This document shows positions 16,406 through 24,730 of a stretch of DNA of 64,000 nucleotides, one piece after another. The translations under genes and the position numbers were made by a program. The notes under the pieces are model-generated. The model was not told the DNA's origin and made no database searches. It worked only from the letters and a program-made list of their open reading frames with translations. Origin of the DNA: Desulfobacterales bacterium (GTDB lineage: Bacteria > Desulfobacterota > Desulfobacteria > Desulfobacterales > SpSt-501); the NCBI GenBank assembly GCA_037481615.1, contig JBBFLI010000014.1. One strand, given 5' to 3'. Every line of letters starts with the position of its first letter. Positions within the stretch are counted from its first letter, which is position 1.

Positions 16406-18739
16406 ATGAACAAGAAATACGGTGTGTACATCTGCCAGGGCTGCGGCATCGCCGAGGCCCTCGACATCGAAAAGCTGAGCGCGGTCGCCTCCGACGAGGG
16501 CTATTCCGTCAAGACCTCGCCCGTCCTCTGCGGCCGCGAAGGGGTCGAGATGCTCCGGGCGGAGGTCGCCTCGGGCGTGAACACGCTCGTGATCGCGGCC
16601 TGCTCGCCCCGCGTGCTCCACGACACCTTCCGCTTCGACGGCTGCATCGTCGAGCGGGTGAACCTGCGCGAGCACGTGGTCTGGTCCCACCCGCGCTCGG
16701 TCTGGCCCGCTCCGACGGAGGAGCAGAAGGACGACGAGAGCTTCATCGACCACGTCCAGATGATGGCCGCCGACTACCTCAAGATGGCGCTCGCCAAGGT
16801 GGAGAAGATCCACCTCCCCGAGCCCTACAAGCTCGAGGCCCTGAACCGGCGCATCCTCGTGATCGGAGGCGGCCTGACCGGCATCACCGCCGCCCTGGAG
16901 GCGGCCCGCGCCGGCTACGAGGTGGTCGTGGTCGAGAAGGAGGCCTCCCTCGGCGGGCACGCGCGCCGCTGGCGCAAACAGCTCCCCCTCGAGTACCCCT
17001 ACGAGAAGCCGGTCGCGCCGGTGCTGCAGGAGAAGCTGCGCGAGCTCGAGGCCGAGCCGCGGATCACGGTGCGCACGAACACGGTGGTCGCGCGCATCGC
17101 GGGCCAGCCCGGCGATTTCACCGTGACCTTCAAGAAACCCGGCGAGCAGATCGAGTTCGACGTGCCCTATCCCCTGCCCCCGGAGATGCGCGTCGACGAG
17201 AACGGCAAGGAGCTCGAGGCCGACCAGCTCCTCGAGCGCTACAAGGAATACAACAAGGGCAAGGTCGACATTCTCACCTTCGACCCGAACGGCGAGAAGT
17301 TCGGGGCGGTGGTGCTCGCGGCCGGGTGGCGCCCCTATCGGCCGGCCGAAGGGGAGTTCGCCCATCTCGGTTTCGGGACGCTCCCCGATGTCGTCACCAA
17401 CGAGCAGTTCGAGGAGATCGCCGCGCAGGGCAAGATCAAGCGCCCGAGCGACGGTCGGGAGGCGAAGTCGGTGGTCTTCATCCAGAGCCCGGGGCAGGGC
17501 GGGGACCGGGATTTCCCCTACGCCGCCTCCGTCACCAGCCTCGTCGCCCTGAAGCAGGCGACCTACGTGCGCGAGGACTACGCCGACGGCAAGGCCTTCA
17601 TCCTCTATCAGCACATGCGCACGCCCGGGCTGACCGAGAATTTCTACAAGGCGGTGCAGCAGGATCCCGGCGTCTTCCTCACCAAGGCCCAGGTCACCCG
17701 CGTGGCCGGAAACGGCAAGGGGCTCGTGGTCGAGGCCGAGGACACGCTCCTCGGGCAGCCGATCCAGATCCCCGCGGATCTCGTCGTGCTGGCGACCGGC
17801 ATGGTCCCGGCGACCAAGGACGACCCGGTGATCAACCTCGCCTACCGCCAGGGGCCGGGTTTCCGGGACAACGCGATCTTCGACGACTACGCCGACTCGA
17901 ACTACATCTGCTTCCCCTACGAGACCCAGCGGACGGGCATCTACGCCGCGGGCGGGGTGCGCCGCAGCATGACCGTCGAGGAGGCGATGGAGGATGCGAC
18001 GGGGGCGGCCCTCAAGGCCATCCAGTGCCTGGAGTCGGTCCACCGGGGGGTCTCGGTCCACCCGCGCTCCGGGGACATGAGCTACCCCGACTTCTTCTTC
18101 CAGCGCTGCACCCAGTGCAAGCGCTGCACCCAGGAGTGCCCCTTCGGGGCGCTCGACGACGACGAGCGCGGCACCCCCAAGCCCAACCCGACCCGCTGCC
18201 GCCGCTGCGGCACCTGCATGGGGGCCTGCCCCGAGCGCATCATCAATTTCGCCAATTACAGCATCGACTCCGTGAGCTCGATGGTCAAGGCGATCAAGGT
18301 GCCCTCGACCGACGATTTCGACGAGCCGCCGCTGCGCATCCTGGGGCTGGTCTGCGAAAACGACGCTTACCCCGCCCTCGACATCGCCGCGCTCAACCGA
18401 CTCTCCTGGAACGCCGACGTGCGCTTCATCCCGGTGCGCTGCCTGGGCTCGGTGAACGTGATCTGGATCAAGGATGCGCTCTCTCAAGGGATGGACGGGG
18501 TTTTCCTCATGGGTTGCAAGCACGGGGACGACTACCAGTGCCATTTCGTCAAGGGCAGCGAGCTCGCCGAGATCCGGGTCAAGAAGATCGGCGAGGCCCT
18601 GGCGAGCCTCGCCCTCGAGGTCGAACGCGTGGCCCAGTTCCAGGTGGCGATCGACGAGTACGACAAGATCCCGCAGATGATCCAGGAGTTCGTCGGGACG
18701 ATCGAGGGCCTGGGGCCGAATCCGTTCAAGGGGTTCTGA
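16406..18739 (+). CDS. qmoB: Qmo subunit B (HdrA-like, 2x[4Fe-4S], MvhD-like C-terminus)
   Basis: 777 aa. ILVIGGGLTGITAALEAARAGY. CTQCKRCTQECP and CRRCGTCMGACP clusters. C-terminal LGLVCENDAYPALD...MGCKHGDDYQCHF is MvhD-like. Confidence 0.9.
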   Translation: MNKKYGVYICQGCGIAEALDIEKLSAVASDEGYSVKTSPVLCGREGVEMLRAEVASGVNTLVIAACSPRVLHDTFRFDGCIVERVNLREHVVWSHPRSVWPAPTEEQKDDESFIDHVQMMAADYLKMALAKVEKIHLPEPYKLEALNRRILVIGGGLTGITAALEAARAGYEVVVVEKEASLGGHARRWRKQLPLEYPYEKPVAPVLQEKLRELEAEPRITVRTNTVVARIAGQPGDFTVTFKKPGEQIEFDVPYPLPPEMRVDENGKELEADQLLERYKEYNKGKVDILTFDPNGEKFGAVVLAAGWRPYRPAEGEFAHLGFGTLPDVVTNEQFEEIAAQGKIKRPSDGREAKSVVFIQSPGQGGDRDFPYAASVTSLVALKQATYVREDYADGKAFILYQHMRTPGLTENFYKAVQQDPGVFLTKAQVTRVAGNGKGLVVEAEDTLLGQPIQIPADLVVLATGMVPATKDDPVINLAYRQGPGFRDNAIFDDYADSNYICFPYETQRTGIYAAGGVRRSMTVEEAMEDATGAALKAIQCLESVHRGVSVHPRSGDMSYPDFFFQRCTQCKRCTQECPFGALDDDERGTPKPNPTRCRRCGTCMGACPERIINFANYSIDSVSSMVKAIKVPSTDDFDEPPLRILGLVCENDAYPALDIAALNRLSWNADVRFIPVRCLGSVNVIWIKDALSQGMDGVFLMGCKHGDDYQCHFVKGSELAEIRVKKIGEALASLALEVERVAQFQVAIDEYDKIPQMIQEFVGTIEGLGPNPFKGF

Positions 18740-18772
18740 GGACGGGCCGAAGCGACAGAGGAGGTTCAGGAC

Positions 18773-19921
18773 ATGACCGCAAGACTCGTGGTGGAACCGG
18801 ACCTGGAGTTCATCCGGGAGGTGGGGATCCTCGGCGGCGAGGACCTCAAGAAATGTTACCAGTGCGCGACCTGTTCGGTGGTATGTCCGATTTCGCCCCA
18901 GAATCGGCCTTTTCCGCGCAAGGAGATGATCGCCGCCTCCTGGGGGCTGAAGGACAAGCTGGTGAAGAGCGCCGACCCCTGGCTGTGCCACAACTGTGGC
19001 GACTGCAACACCCGCTGCCCGCGGCAGGCCAAGCCGGGCGATGTGCTCGCCGCGATCCGCGCGCGGGCGGTCGAGGAGTACGCCGCACCCCGGGCGCTCG
19101 CCCGGGCCGTGAACACGCCGGCGATGCTCCCCGTGCTGCTTCTCGTGCCCGCGGTCTACATCGTCATCATGGGCTTCCTGATGGAGAAGATCTTCGGCAC
19201 GACCTTTCTCAACTTCAGCCCCGAAGGGACGATCGTCCATGCGAAGATGGTCTCCACCTGGCTCGTCGACGTGGTGATGCTCTCGGCGGCGGCCTTCACC
19301 GTCGCCGTCTTCGCGCAGGGCGTGAGGCGCTTCCTCGGCGACATCCACCAGAACGCGCTCGCCGAGGGCAAGACCGTTAAGCCGACGATCGACGCGGCGG
19401 GCTTCTTCCAGGCGCTCCTGCGCACGATCCCGGTGATCCTCCGGCACGCCAAGTTCAACGAGTGCACCGAGAACCGCGAGCGGGCGATCTCGCACATGCT
19501 GGTCCTGCTCGCCTTCATCGGGCTCTTCATCGTGACCTCGATCTTCTTCATCGCGATCTACGTCTTCCAGCAGCACGGCCCTTATTCGCAGCTCAACCCC
19601 GTCAAGTGGCTCGCCAACGTGAGCGGGGTTGCGCTCATCATCGGCAGCATCCTGCTCATCCGGCAGCGGCTCGCCAAGGCCGACCAGAAATCGGTCTACA
19701 AGGACTGGCTGCTGCTCGGCCTCGTCCTCGGCCTGGGCGTGACGGGCATGGGGGCGCAGCTTTCGCGGCTCGCGGGCTGGGCGGGGGTCTCCTACACCGT
19801 CTATTTCATCCACCTGATGCTCGTGTGGTTCACCTTCGCCTACCTCCCCTTTTCCAAGCTCGCCCACCTTGTCTACCGCACGGTCGCCATGACCTACGCG
19901 GAGTACGCGGAAAGGCGATGA
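18773..19921 (+). CDS. qmoC: Qmo subunit C (HdrC-like ferredoxin fused to a membrane cytochrome b domain)
   Basis: 382 aa. CYQCATCSVVCP and CHNCGDCNTRCP, followed by about six hydrophobic helices with conserved His. Confidence 0.9.
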   Translation: MTARLVVEPDLEFIREVGILGGEDLKKCYQCATCSVVCPISPQNRPFPRKEMIAASWGLKDKLVKSADPWLCHNCGDCNTRCPRQAKPGDVLAAIRARAVEEYAAPRALARAVNTPAMLPVLLLVPAVYIVIMGFLMEKIFGTTFLNFSPEGTIVHAKMVSTWLVDVVMLSAAAFTVAVFAQGVRRFLGDIHQNALAEGKTVKPTIDAAGFFQALLRTIPVILRHAKFNECTENRERAISHMLVLLAFIGLFIVTSIFFIAIYVFQQHGPYSQLNPVKWLANVSGVALIIGSILLIRQRLAKADQKSVYKDWLLLGLVLGLGVTGMGAQLSRLAGWAGVSYTVYFIHLMLVWFTFAYLPFSKLAHLVYRTVAMTYAEYAERR

Positions 19922-19954
19922 CACCGCGGCCCGCCGCGGTTTCGCCGAAAGAGG

Positions 19955-19991
19955 AAACCGGCATGCCGGGTCATCCGGCATGCCGGTTTTT
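19955..19991 (+). terminator. Intrinsic terminator after qmoC
   Basis: aaaccggcatgccgg (19955-19969) / ccggcatgccggttt (19975-19989), 5-nt loop, T5 tail. Confidence 0.7.
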
Positions 19992-20139
19992 GCCGCCCCG
20001 AACGGGCCGGCGAGCGGCGGAAAGGCTTGCCTTTTCCCGACGGGCGGGGTAGAAGACCCCTTCCCCCCGAACCAGCAGCCCCGTGCCCCGCGGCACGCGA
20101 TTCGGAAAACGACACCCCGAGAAAGGAGGAACGCACGGT

Positions 20140-21399
20140 ATGGCCGAAATCGGACATGGCGGAAAAGAGATCAAGGAGAGGATCCTCGAACCGGCGGAGG
20201 CCAAGAAGCGCATCCAGGGCCTGAAGGCGTACCCCATCCGCAGCCAGCTCGCCAACGAGGTGATCGGCATCGCCTACGGCTTTTTCAGCCCGCTCGAGGG
20301 CTTCATGGGCAAGGCCGACGTCGAGGCGGTGTGCAAGAAGATGCGCCTCAAGGACGGGAAGACCGTCTGGAGCATCCCCATCGTCTTCGACATGTCGAAC
20401 GAGGAGATCGCCCAGTACGGGGTGAAGCCCGGAGCCTCGATTCTGCTCACCTACACCGGAAACCCCATGGCGATCTTCGAGATCGAGGAGGTCTACGAGT
20501 ACGACAAGAAGTCGCTGGCGAAGGACGTCTACGGGACCGATGAGACCAAGCACCCCGGCTGCGCCCGCACTTACGCCTACAAGGACAAGTTCGTCGGCGG
20601 CAAGATCGCGCTCGTCAACCGGCCCAAGATCAACGAGCCCTTCACCCCCTACTTCCTGCCCCCCCTCCAGCTGCGCAAGATCTTCAAGGAGAAGGGCTGG
20701 AAGCGCATCGTCGCCCACCAGACGCGCAACGTCCCCCACACCGGCCACGAGTGGCTGATGAAGGGCGCCTGGTTCCAGACCTACGGCGAGCTGCCGATGG
20801 ACAAGCCCTACGTCGGGGTGCTCGTCAACGCGATCATCGGCGAGAAACGCAAGGGCGACTACATCGACGAGGCGATCATCCTCACCCAGGACGAGCTGCG
20901 CAAGTCGGGTTATTTCGGCGACCACAACCACTTGACCTCGCTCACCTTCTGGGACATGCGCTACGCCGGGCCGCGCGAGGCCGTCTTCCACGCCGCCCTG
21001 CGCACCAACCTCGGCCTCACCCACCACATGTTCGGCCGCGACCACGCCGGGGTGGGCACCTACTACGGGCCCTACGACGCCCATCGCCTGCTCGAGAGCC
21101 TGCAGGGGGAGATCAACATCGTCCCCGTCTACTCCGAGAACTGGCTCTACTGCCCGCACTGCGGCGAGATCACCTCCGAGAGCCTCTGCAATCACAAGAA
21201 GGAGTGGCAGAAGTTCTCGGGCACGCTCATCCGCAGCATCGTGCAGGACGGGGTCAAACCGCCGCGGCTGATTTTCCGGCCCGAGGTCTTCGACCTGGTG
21301 CTGGAATGCGCGGAGAAATACGGGTTCGGCTCGCCCTTCGTCGGGGAAGAGTATCTCGCCAAACGCACGCCGGTGTTCGTCATGCCGCCGCTGGCCTAG
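20140..21399 (+). CDS. sat: Sulfate adenylyltransferase (ATP sulfurylase)
   Basis: ATG 20140 after AAAGGAGGA. QTRNVPHTGHEWL (HxxH) and FGRDHAGVG motifs. Homo-oligomeric Sat type. Confidence 0.95.
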   Translation: MAEIGHGGKEIKERILEPAEAKKRIQGLKAYPIRSQLANEVIGIAYGFFSPLEGFMGKADVEAVCKKMRLKDGKTVWSIPIVFDMSNEEIAQYGVKPGASILLTYTGNPMAIFEIEEVYEYDKKSLAKDVYGTDETKHPGCARTYAYKDKFVGGKIALVNRPKINEPFTPYFLPPLQLRKIFKEKGWKRIVAHQTRNVPHTGHEWLMKGAWFQTYGELPMDKPYVGVLVNAIIGEKRKGDYIDEAIILTQDELRKSGYFGDHNHLTSLTFWDMRYAGPREAVFHAALRTNLGLTHHMFGRDHAGVGTYYGPYDAHRLLESLQGEINIVPVYSENWLYCPHCGEITSESLCNHKKEWQKFSGTLIRSIVQDGVKPPRLIFRPEVFDLVLECAEKYGFGSPFVGEEYLAKRTPVFVMPPLA

Positions 21400-21412
21400 G
21401 GAGGTGACCGAT

Positions 21413-21709
21413 ATGTCCGAGAAATATCCGATCAATCTGTGGGTGAACGAGGAGCGCTACGAGAAACTGCAGAAGGCGGGACTGGCCGCGATGTGCCAGG
21501 AGATGCTGGCCGGGCTCAAATGCATCCAAGTCTATTGCAACGAGGCCCAGAAGGACAAGATCCTCAAGGTCTTCCCGACCGCCAAGTTCGACAGCGCGAC
21601 GACCAAGAGCATCGAACTCCTGCCGCGCCAGGTGAAAGACAAGATCTTCGATCTGGTCGTCCAGAAGCAGTCGATCGACATCATGGACGAGTTCCTGAAA
21701 GGCTATTGA
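21413..21709 (+). CDS. Small hypothetical protein co-transcribed with sat
   Basis: ATG 21413 lies 9 nt after GGGAGG (21398-21403). The track lists a GTG at 21404. 98 aa: MSEKYPINLWVNEERYEKLQKAGLAAMCQEMLAGLKCIQVYCNE... Lys/Glu-rich with coding-like composition. Terminator immediately after. Confidence 0.6.
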   Translation: MSEKYPINLWVNEERYEKLQKAGLAAMCQEMLAGLKCIQVYCNEAQKDKILKVFPTAKFDSATTKSIELLPRQVKDKIFDLVVQKQSIDIMDEFLKGY

Positions 21710-21739
21710 AACCCCGGGCGCTTCAACCGGGTTCCCACG

Positions 21740-21773
21740 CCAGGGCCGCCCCGCGGGGCGGCCCTGGTCTTTT
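21740..21773 (+). terminator. Intrinsic terminator after the sat-associated ORF
   Basis: ccagggccgcccc / ggggcggccctgg stem (21740-21767), then TCTTTT. Confidence 0.7.
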
Positions 21774-21903
21774 CGGGCGATGAGATCCCGGTGGCACAGC
21801 CCCCGCCGGGGCGGTTGACAACGCGGCCGGAGGTGGGAAAGTTAAAACGGTCGACGGCTCCGCGCTCGTTGAAATCGTCACCGAGAGGTCAAAGGAGACC
21901 CCC

Positions 21904-22641
21904 ATGAGAACGTCGTCCTGGATCCCCACGGCCGCCGCCTGGCTCCTGGCGGGGGCGCTTTTCGGCTGTTCCACCGCCTACGTGGCCAAACCCATGCCTT
22001 TCCGGGCGCCGTCGGCTTACCCGAATGCCGTCGAGGTCGCGGGGGCCACGGTGGCCGCCGAATCCTACGCCGACCCCGTACAGGCGCGTGAAGCCTTCGG
22101 CTTCGACATTCGCGAAGCCGGGATGCTCCCCGTGCAGGTCATCTTCGACCACCGCGGTGAGCGCCCGATCGAGATCGTTTCCGGGCAGACCTTCCTCGAG
22201 GACGGCCAGGGGAACATCTGGCCGCTCCTCGACCGCGACACGGCCTACGAGCGGGCCACGCGCTATGCGCAGACCCGGGAAATCGCCAAGGAGGGCGCCT
22301 ATCACGCCGTTTTGGGGGCGGCGGCCGGGGCGATCATCGGTGCGGCCGTGGGCATCGTCACGGGCGAGAATGTGGCCGTCGCCACCGGCAAGGGCGCGGC
22401 CGTGGGCGGTGCCGCGGGCGCGACCCTGGGGGGGGCGAAGGGATACACCTCCGACGAGGCCCGCCGCAAGATCATCCAGGACCTGAACCGAAAGTCGCTC
22501 GAAAACCGCGCCGTCGAACCGCAGGGTCTCTCCTTCGGCTTTCTCTTCTTCCCCGGCGAGGCGGCCTCGGCGGATACCCTGCGGCTGCAGCTCCGGGAGA
22601 CGGACACGGGGCGCGTGCACGCGCTCCGGATGAAGCTCTGA
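21904..22641 (+). CDS. Lipoprotein with glycine-zipper segment
   Basis: 245 aa. Signal peptide plus lipobox LFGC. Gly/Ala zipper GAAAGAIIGAAVGIVTG...GKGAAVGGAAGATLGGAKG. Confidence 0.6.
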   Translation: MRTSSWIPTAAAWLLAGALFGCSTAYVAKPMPFRAPSAYPNAVEVAGATVAAESYADPVQAREAFGFDIREAGMLPVQVIFDHRGERPIEIVSGQTFLEDGQGNIWPLLDRDTAYERATRYAQTREIAKEGAYHAVLGAAAGAIIGAAVGIVTGENVAVATGKGAAVGGAAGATLGGAKGYTSDEARRKIIQDLNRKSLENRAVEPQGLSFGFLFFPGEAASADTLRLQLRETDTGRVHALRMKL

Positions 22642-22679
22642 GCGCCGGAGACGGGAGTCGTGGAGGGTGGGGAAGGGGG

Positions 22680-22772
22680 TGGCGGAGAGACCGGGATTCG
22701 AACCCGGGATACCCCTTTCGGAGTATACTCGCTTAGCAGGCGAGCGCCTTCGACCTACTCGGCCATCTCTCC
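22680..22772 (-). tRNA. tRNA-Ser (anticodon GCU)
   Basis: Reverse complement GGAGAGATGGCCGAGTAGG...CTCGCCTGCTAAGCGAG...long variable arm...GGGTTCGAATCCCGGTCTCTCCGCCA. Confidence 0.9.
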
Positions 22773-22787
22773 GTGCGGGTCGTTTCC

Positions 22788-22875
22788 TGGCGGAGGGAGT
22801 AGGATTCGAACCTACGTCCCGTTTCCGGGAAGCGGTTTTCAAGACCGCCGCTTTCGACCGCTCAGCCATCCCTCC
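22788..22875 (-). tRNA. tRNA-Ser (anticodon UGA)
   Basis: Reverse complement GGAGGGATGGCTGAGCGGTCGAAAGCGGCGGTCTTGAAAACCGC...GTAGGTTCGAATCCTACTCCCTCCGCCA. Confidence 0.9.
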
Positions 22876-22888
22876 GGGTGAATTTTTT

Positions 22889-22918
22889 TTCCTACCACGC
22901 GGAGACCCTCCCGGTCAA
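22889..22918 (-). promoter_or_regulatory. Possible promoter of the tRNA-Ser pair
   Basis: Minus strand TTGACC (22918-22913), 18-nt spacer, TAGGAA (22894-22889), about 13 nt before the mature tRNA 5' end. Confidence 0.3.
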
Positions 22919-22996
22919 GGATCACCCGGTCTTCCCCAGCGCACGCGCGAAGGGCTGGACGTCCCCCCGCTCCCCTTCCGCCGCGCGGGTTGCATG

Positions 22997-23025
22997 TTGA
23001 CAGCCCGCGGGGAACGGTATACAAG
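22997..23025 (+). promoter_or_regulatory. Candidate promoter of the acidic-protein gene
   Basis: TTGACA (22997-23002). -10 candidates TATACA/ATACAA/TACAAG with 15-17 nt spacing. Confidence 0.35.
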
Positions 23026-23081
23026 ACGCATGCATTCCTCTTGATTCCCGACGCACAGGCAGCCACAAGGACATTGCACGC

Positions 23082-23558
23082 ATGAAGCAGAAGTACGAAA
23101 TTTTGAAGGACGACGATTCCCGCCGGTTCATCATCCGCGAGTATGCCGAGCTCGACAAGGATGTCATGTCCCTGCTCTGCGAGGAGAGCTACGACCGCAA
23201 GACCCTCAAGGCCGCCCAGGCGGCCGGCCGCGACGCCCTGATCCGGGCCCTGCGCACGAAAAACCTCTTCCCGCCGTCCCTCTACGCCGCCCGGATCGCC
23301 GACCAGGTGGCGGAGATGCTCGGCAGCCGCGGGCCGGCGACCGCCGAGCTCGTCTTCGACGATCTCGAATTCCTCTCGCGCGCACCCGAAACCCTCGAGG
23401 CGGCGGTCGTCTACGAGGCCGAGGCCCCCGAGATCGACGAACTCCTCGACGCCGGCCTCGAGGAAGAGAAGTTCGACCAGGGCGAAGAGGTCGGAAAGAT
23501 CGACTCGTCGCTCAAGATCGAGGACGACGAGTTCGTCGACATCGACGACGAGAGTTGA
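23082..23558 (+). CDS. Highly acidic hypothetical protein
   Basis: 158 aa. MKQKYEILKDDDSRRFIIREYAELDKDVMSLL... The C-terminal third is almost entirely D/E (…EIDELLDAGLEEEKFDQGEE…EDDEFVDIDDES). Has its own promoter and terminator. Confidence 0.6.
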   Translation: MKQKYEILKDDDSRRFIIREYAELDKDVMSLLCEESYDRKTLKAAQAAGRDALIRALRTKNLFPPSLYAARIADQVAEMLGSRGPATAELVFDDLEFLSRAPETLEAAVVYEAEAPEIDELLDAGLEEEKFDQGEEVGKIDSSLKIEDDEFVDIDDES

Positions 23559-23565
23559 AACCCCC

Positions 23566-23596
23566 AAACGCCCGGCTTCGGCCGGGCGTTTCGTTT
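23566..23596 (+). terminator. Intrinsic terminator
   Basis: aaacgcccggc ttcg gccgggcgttt, followed by a CGTTT tail. Confidence 0.7.
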
Positions 23597-23743
23597 GGCA
23601 GCTCAGGGCGCCGCCCGGCAAGAGGCGCCCGCCCTTTCCGGAATGCAGCGGTCCTCTCGAAGAATAACCTCTTGGAGAGGCATCCACGATCCGGCCGCGG
23701 CCGGGACCGGGGCACGATCCACAAGCGCATCAAGGAGGTGCAA

Positions 23744-24688
23744 ATGGTCAACCAGGAAAAGGCGTTCTACGACAGGCTGGCACAAAAGGGCGTCACCCGG
23801 CGGGATTTCATGAAGTTCTGCACCTTTCTCACGGCGACGATGGGGCTTTCCTCCTCTTTCATCCCCAAGGTCGCCGAGGTCTTCGCGGCCCCGGCGAAGC
23901 GGCCGACGGTCGTCTGGCTGCATTTCGGGGAATGCACGGGCTGCTCGGAGGCGCTGTTGCGCACCATGTACCCCTGGATCGACGAGCTGGTTCTCGAGGT
24001 CCTGGACGTCGCCTACCACGAGACGATCATGGCCGCGGCCGGGCACCAGGCGGAAGAAATTCTCCACGAGACGGTCGAGAAGAACAAGGGCCAGTTCCTC
24101 TGCGTGGTCGAGGGGGCGATCGCGACCAAATACAACGGCGGCTGGGGCAAGGTGGGCGGCAAGAGCTTCCTGCAGATCGCCAAGGAGGTCTGCCCCAAGG
24201 CGGCCGGGGTCATCTGCATCGGCAGCTGCTCGGCCTTCGGCAACATCCCGGCGGCGAAACCCAACCCCGGCGGCTACAAGGGGGTCGGCGAGGTCCTCGG
24301 CATCAAGACCGTGAACATCGCCGGCTGCCCGCCCAACCCGATCAACTTCGTCGGCACGGTCGTCAACTACCTGCTCCTCGGCAAGCTCCCCGCGCTGGAC
24401 GACCTGGGCCGGCCGCTCTTCGCCTACGGCCAGACGATCCACGACAACTGCGCGCGGCGGGGGCACTTCGAGAACGGCGAGTTCGTCGAGGAATTCGGCT
24501 CCAAGGAGGCCGCCCTCGGCTACTGCCTCTACAAGGTCGGCTGCCGCGGCCCCGAGACCTACAACAACTGCGGCATCGTGAAGTTCAACAGCGGCTGCAG
24601 CTGGCCGGTCCAGGCCGGGCACCCCTGCATCGGCTGCAGCCAGCCGGAATTCTGGGACAAGTTCACGCCTTTCTACCAGGAACTCTAA
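23744..24688 (+). CDS. Periplasmic [NiFe] hydrogenase small subunit (Tat signal)
   Basis: ATG 23744 after AAGGAGG. TRRDFMKF twin-arginine motif. WLHFGECTGCSEALL, GSCSAFG, GCPPNP and HPCIGCSQPEFWD cluster ligands. Confidence 0.95.
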   Translation: MVNQEKAFYDRLAQKGVTRRDFMKFCTFLTATMGLSSSFIPKVAEVFAAPAKRPTVVWLHFGECTGCSEALLRTMYPWIDELVLEVLDVAYHETIMAAAGHQAEEILHETVEKNKGQFLCVVEGAIATKYNGGWGKVGGKSFLQIAKEVCPKAAGVICIGSCSAFGNIPAAKPNPGGYKGVGEVLGIKTVNIAGCPPNPINFVGTVVNYLLLGKLPALDDLGRPLFAYGQTIHDNCARRGHFENGEFVEEFGSKEAALGYCLYKVGCRGPETYNNCGIVKFNSGCSWPVQAGHPCIGCSQPEFWDKFTPFYQEL

Positions 24689-24730
24689 TCCGCCGGACGG
24701 CGATCCCAATATCTTCAAGGAGGAGATCGT

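Noticed and set aside
16364-19981. 1205-aa minus-strand ORF opposite qmoB/qmoC
   Set aside because: Same reasoning: qmoB and qmoC have clear FeS and FAD motifs on the plus strand, and the antisense ORF is compositionally a shadow.
23596-23610. Sigma54-like TGGCA...GC element upstream of the hydrogenase operon
   Set aside because: The GG-to-GC spacing is one nucleotide shorter than the -24/-12 consensus. The TTGC of the -12 box is absent, and the element overlaps the tail of the preceding terminator.
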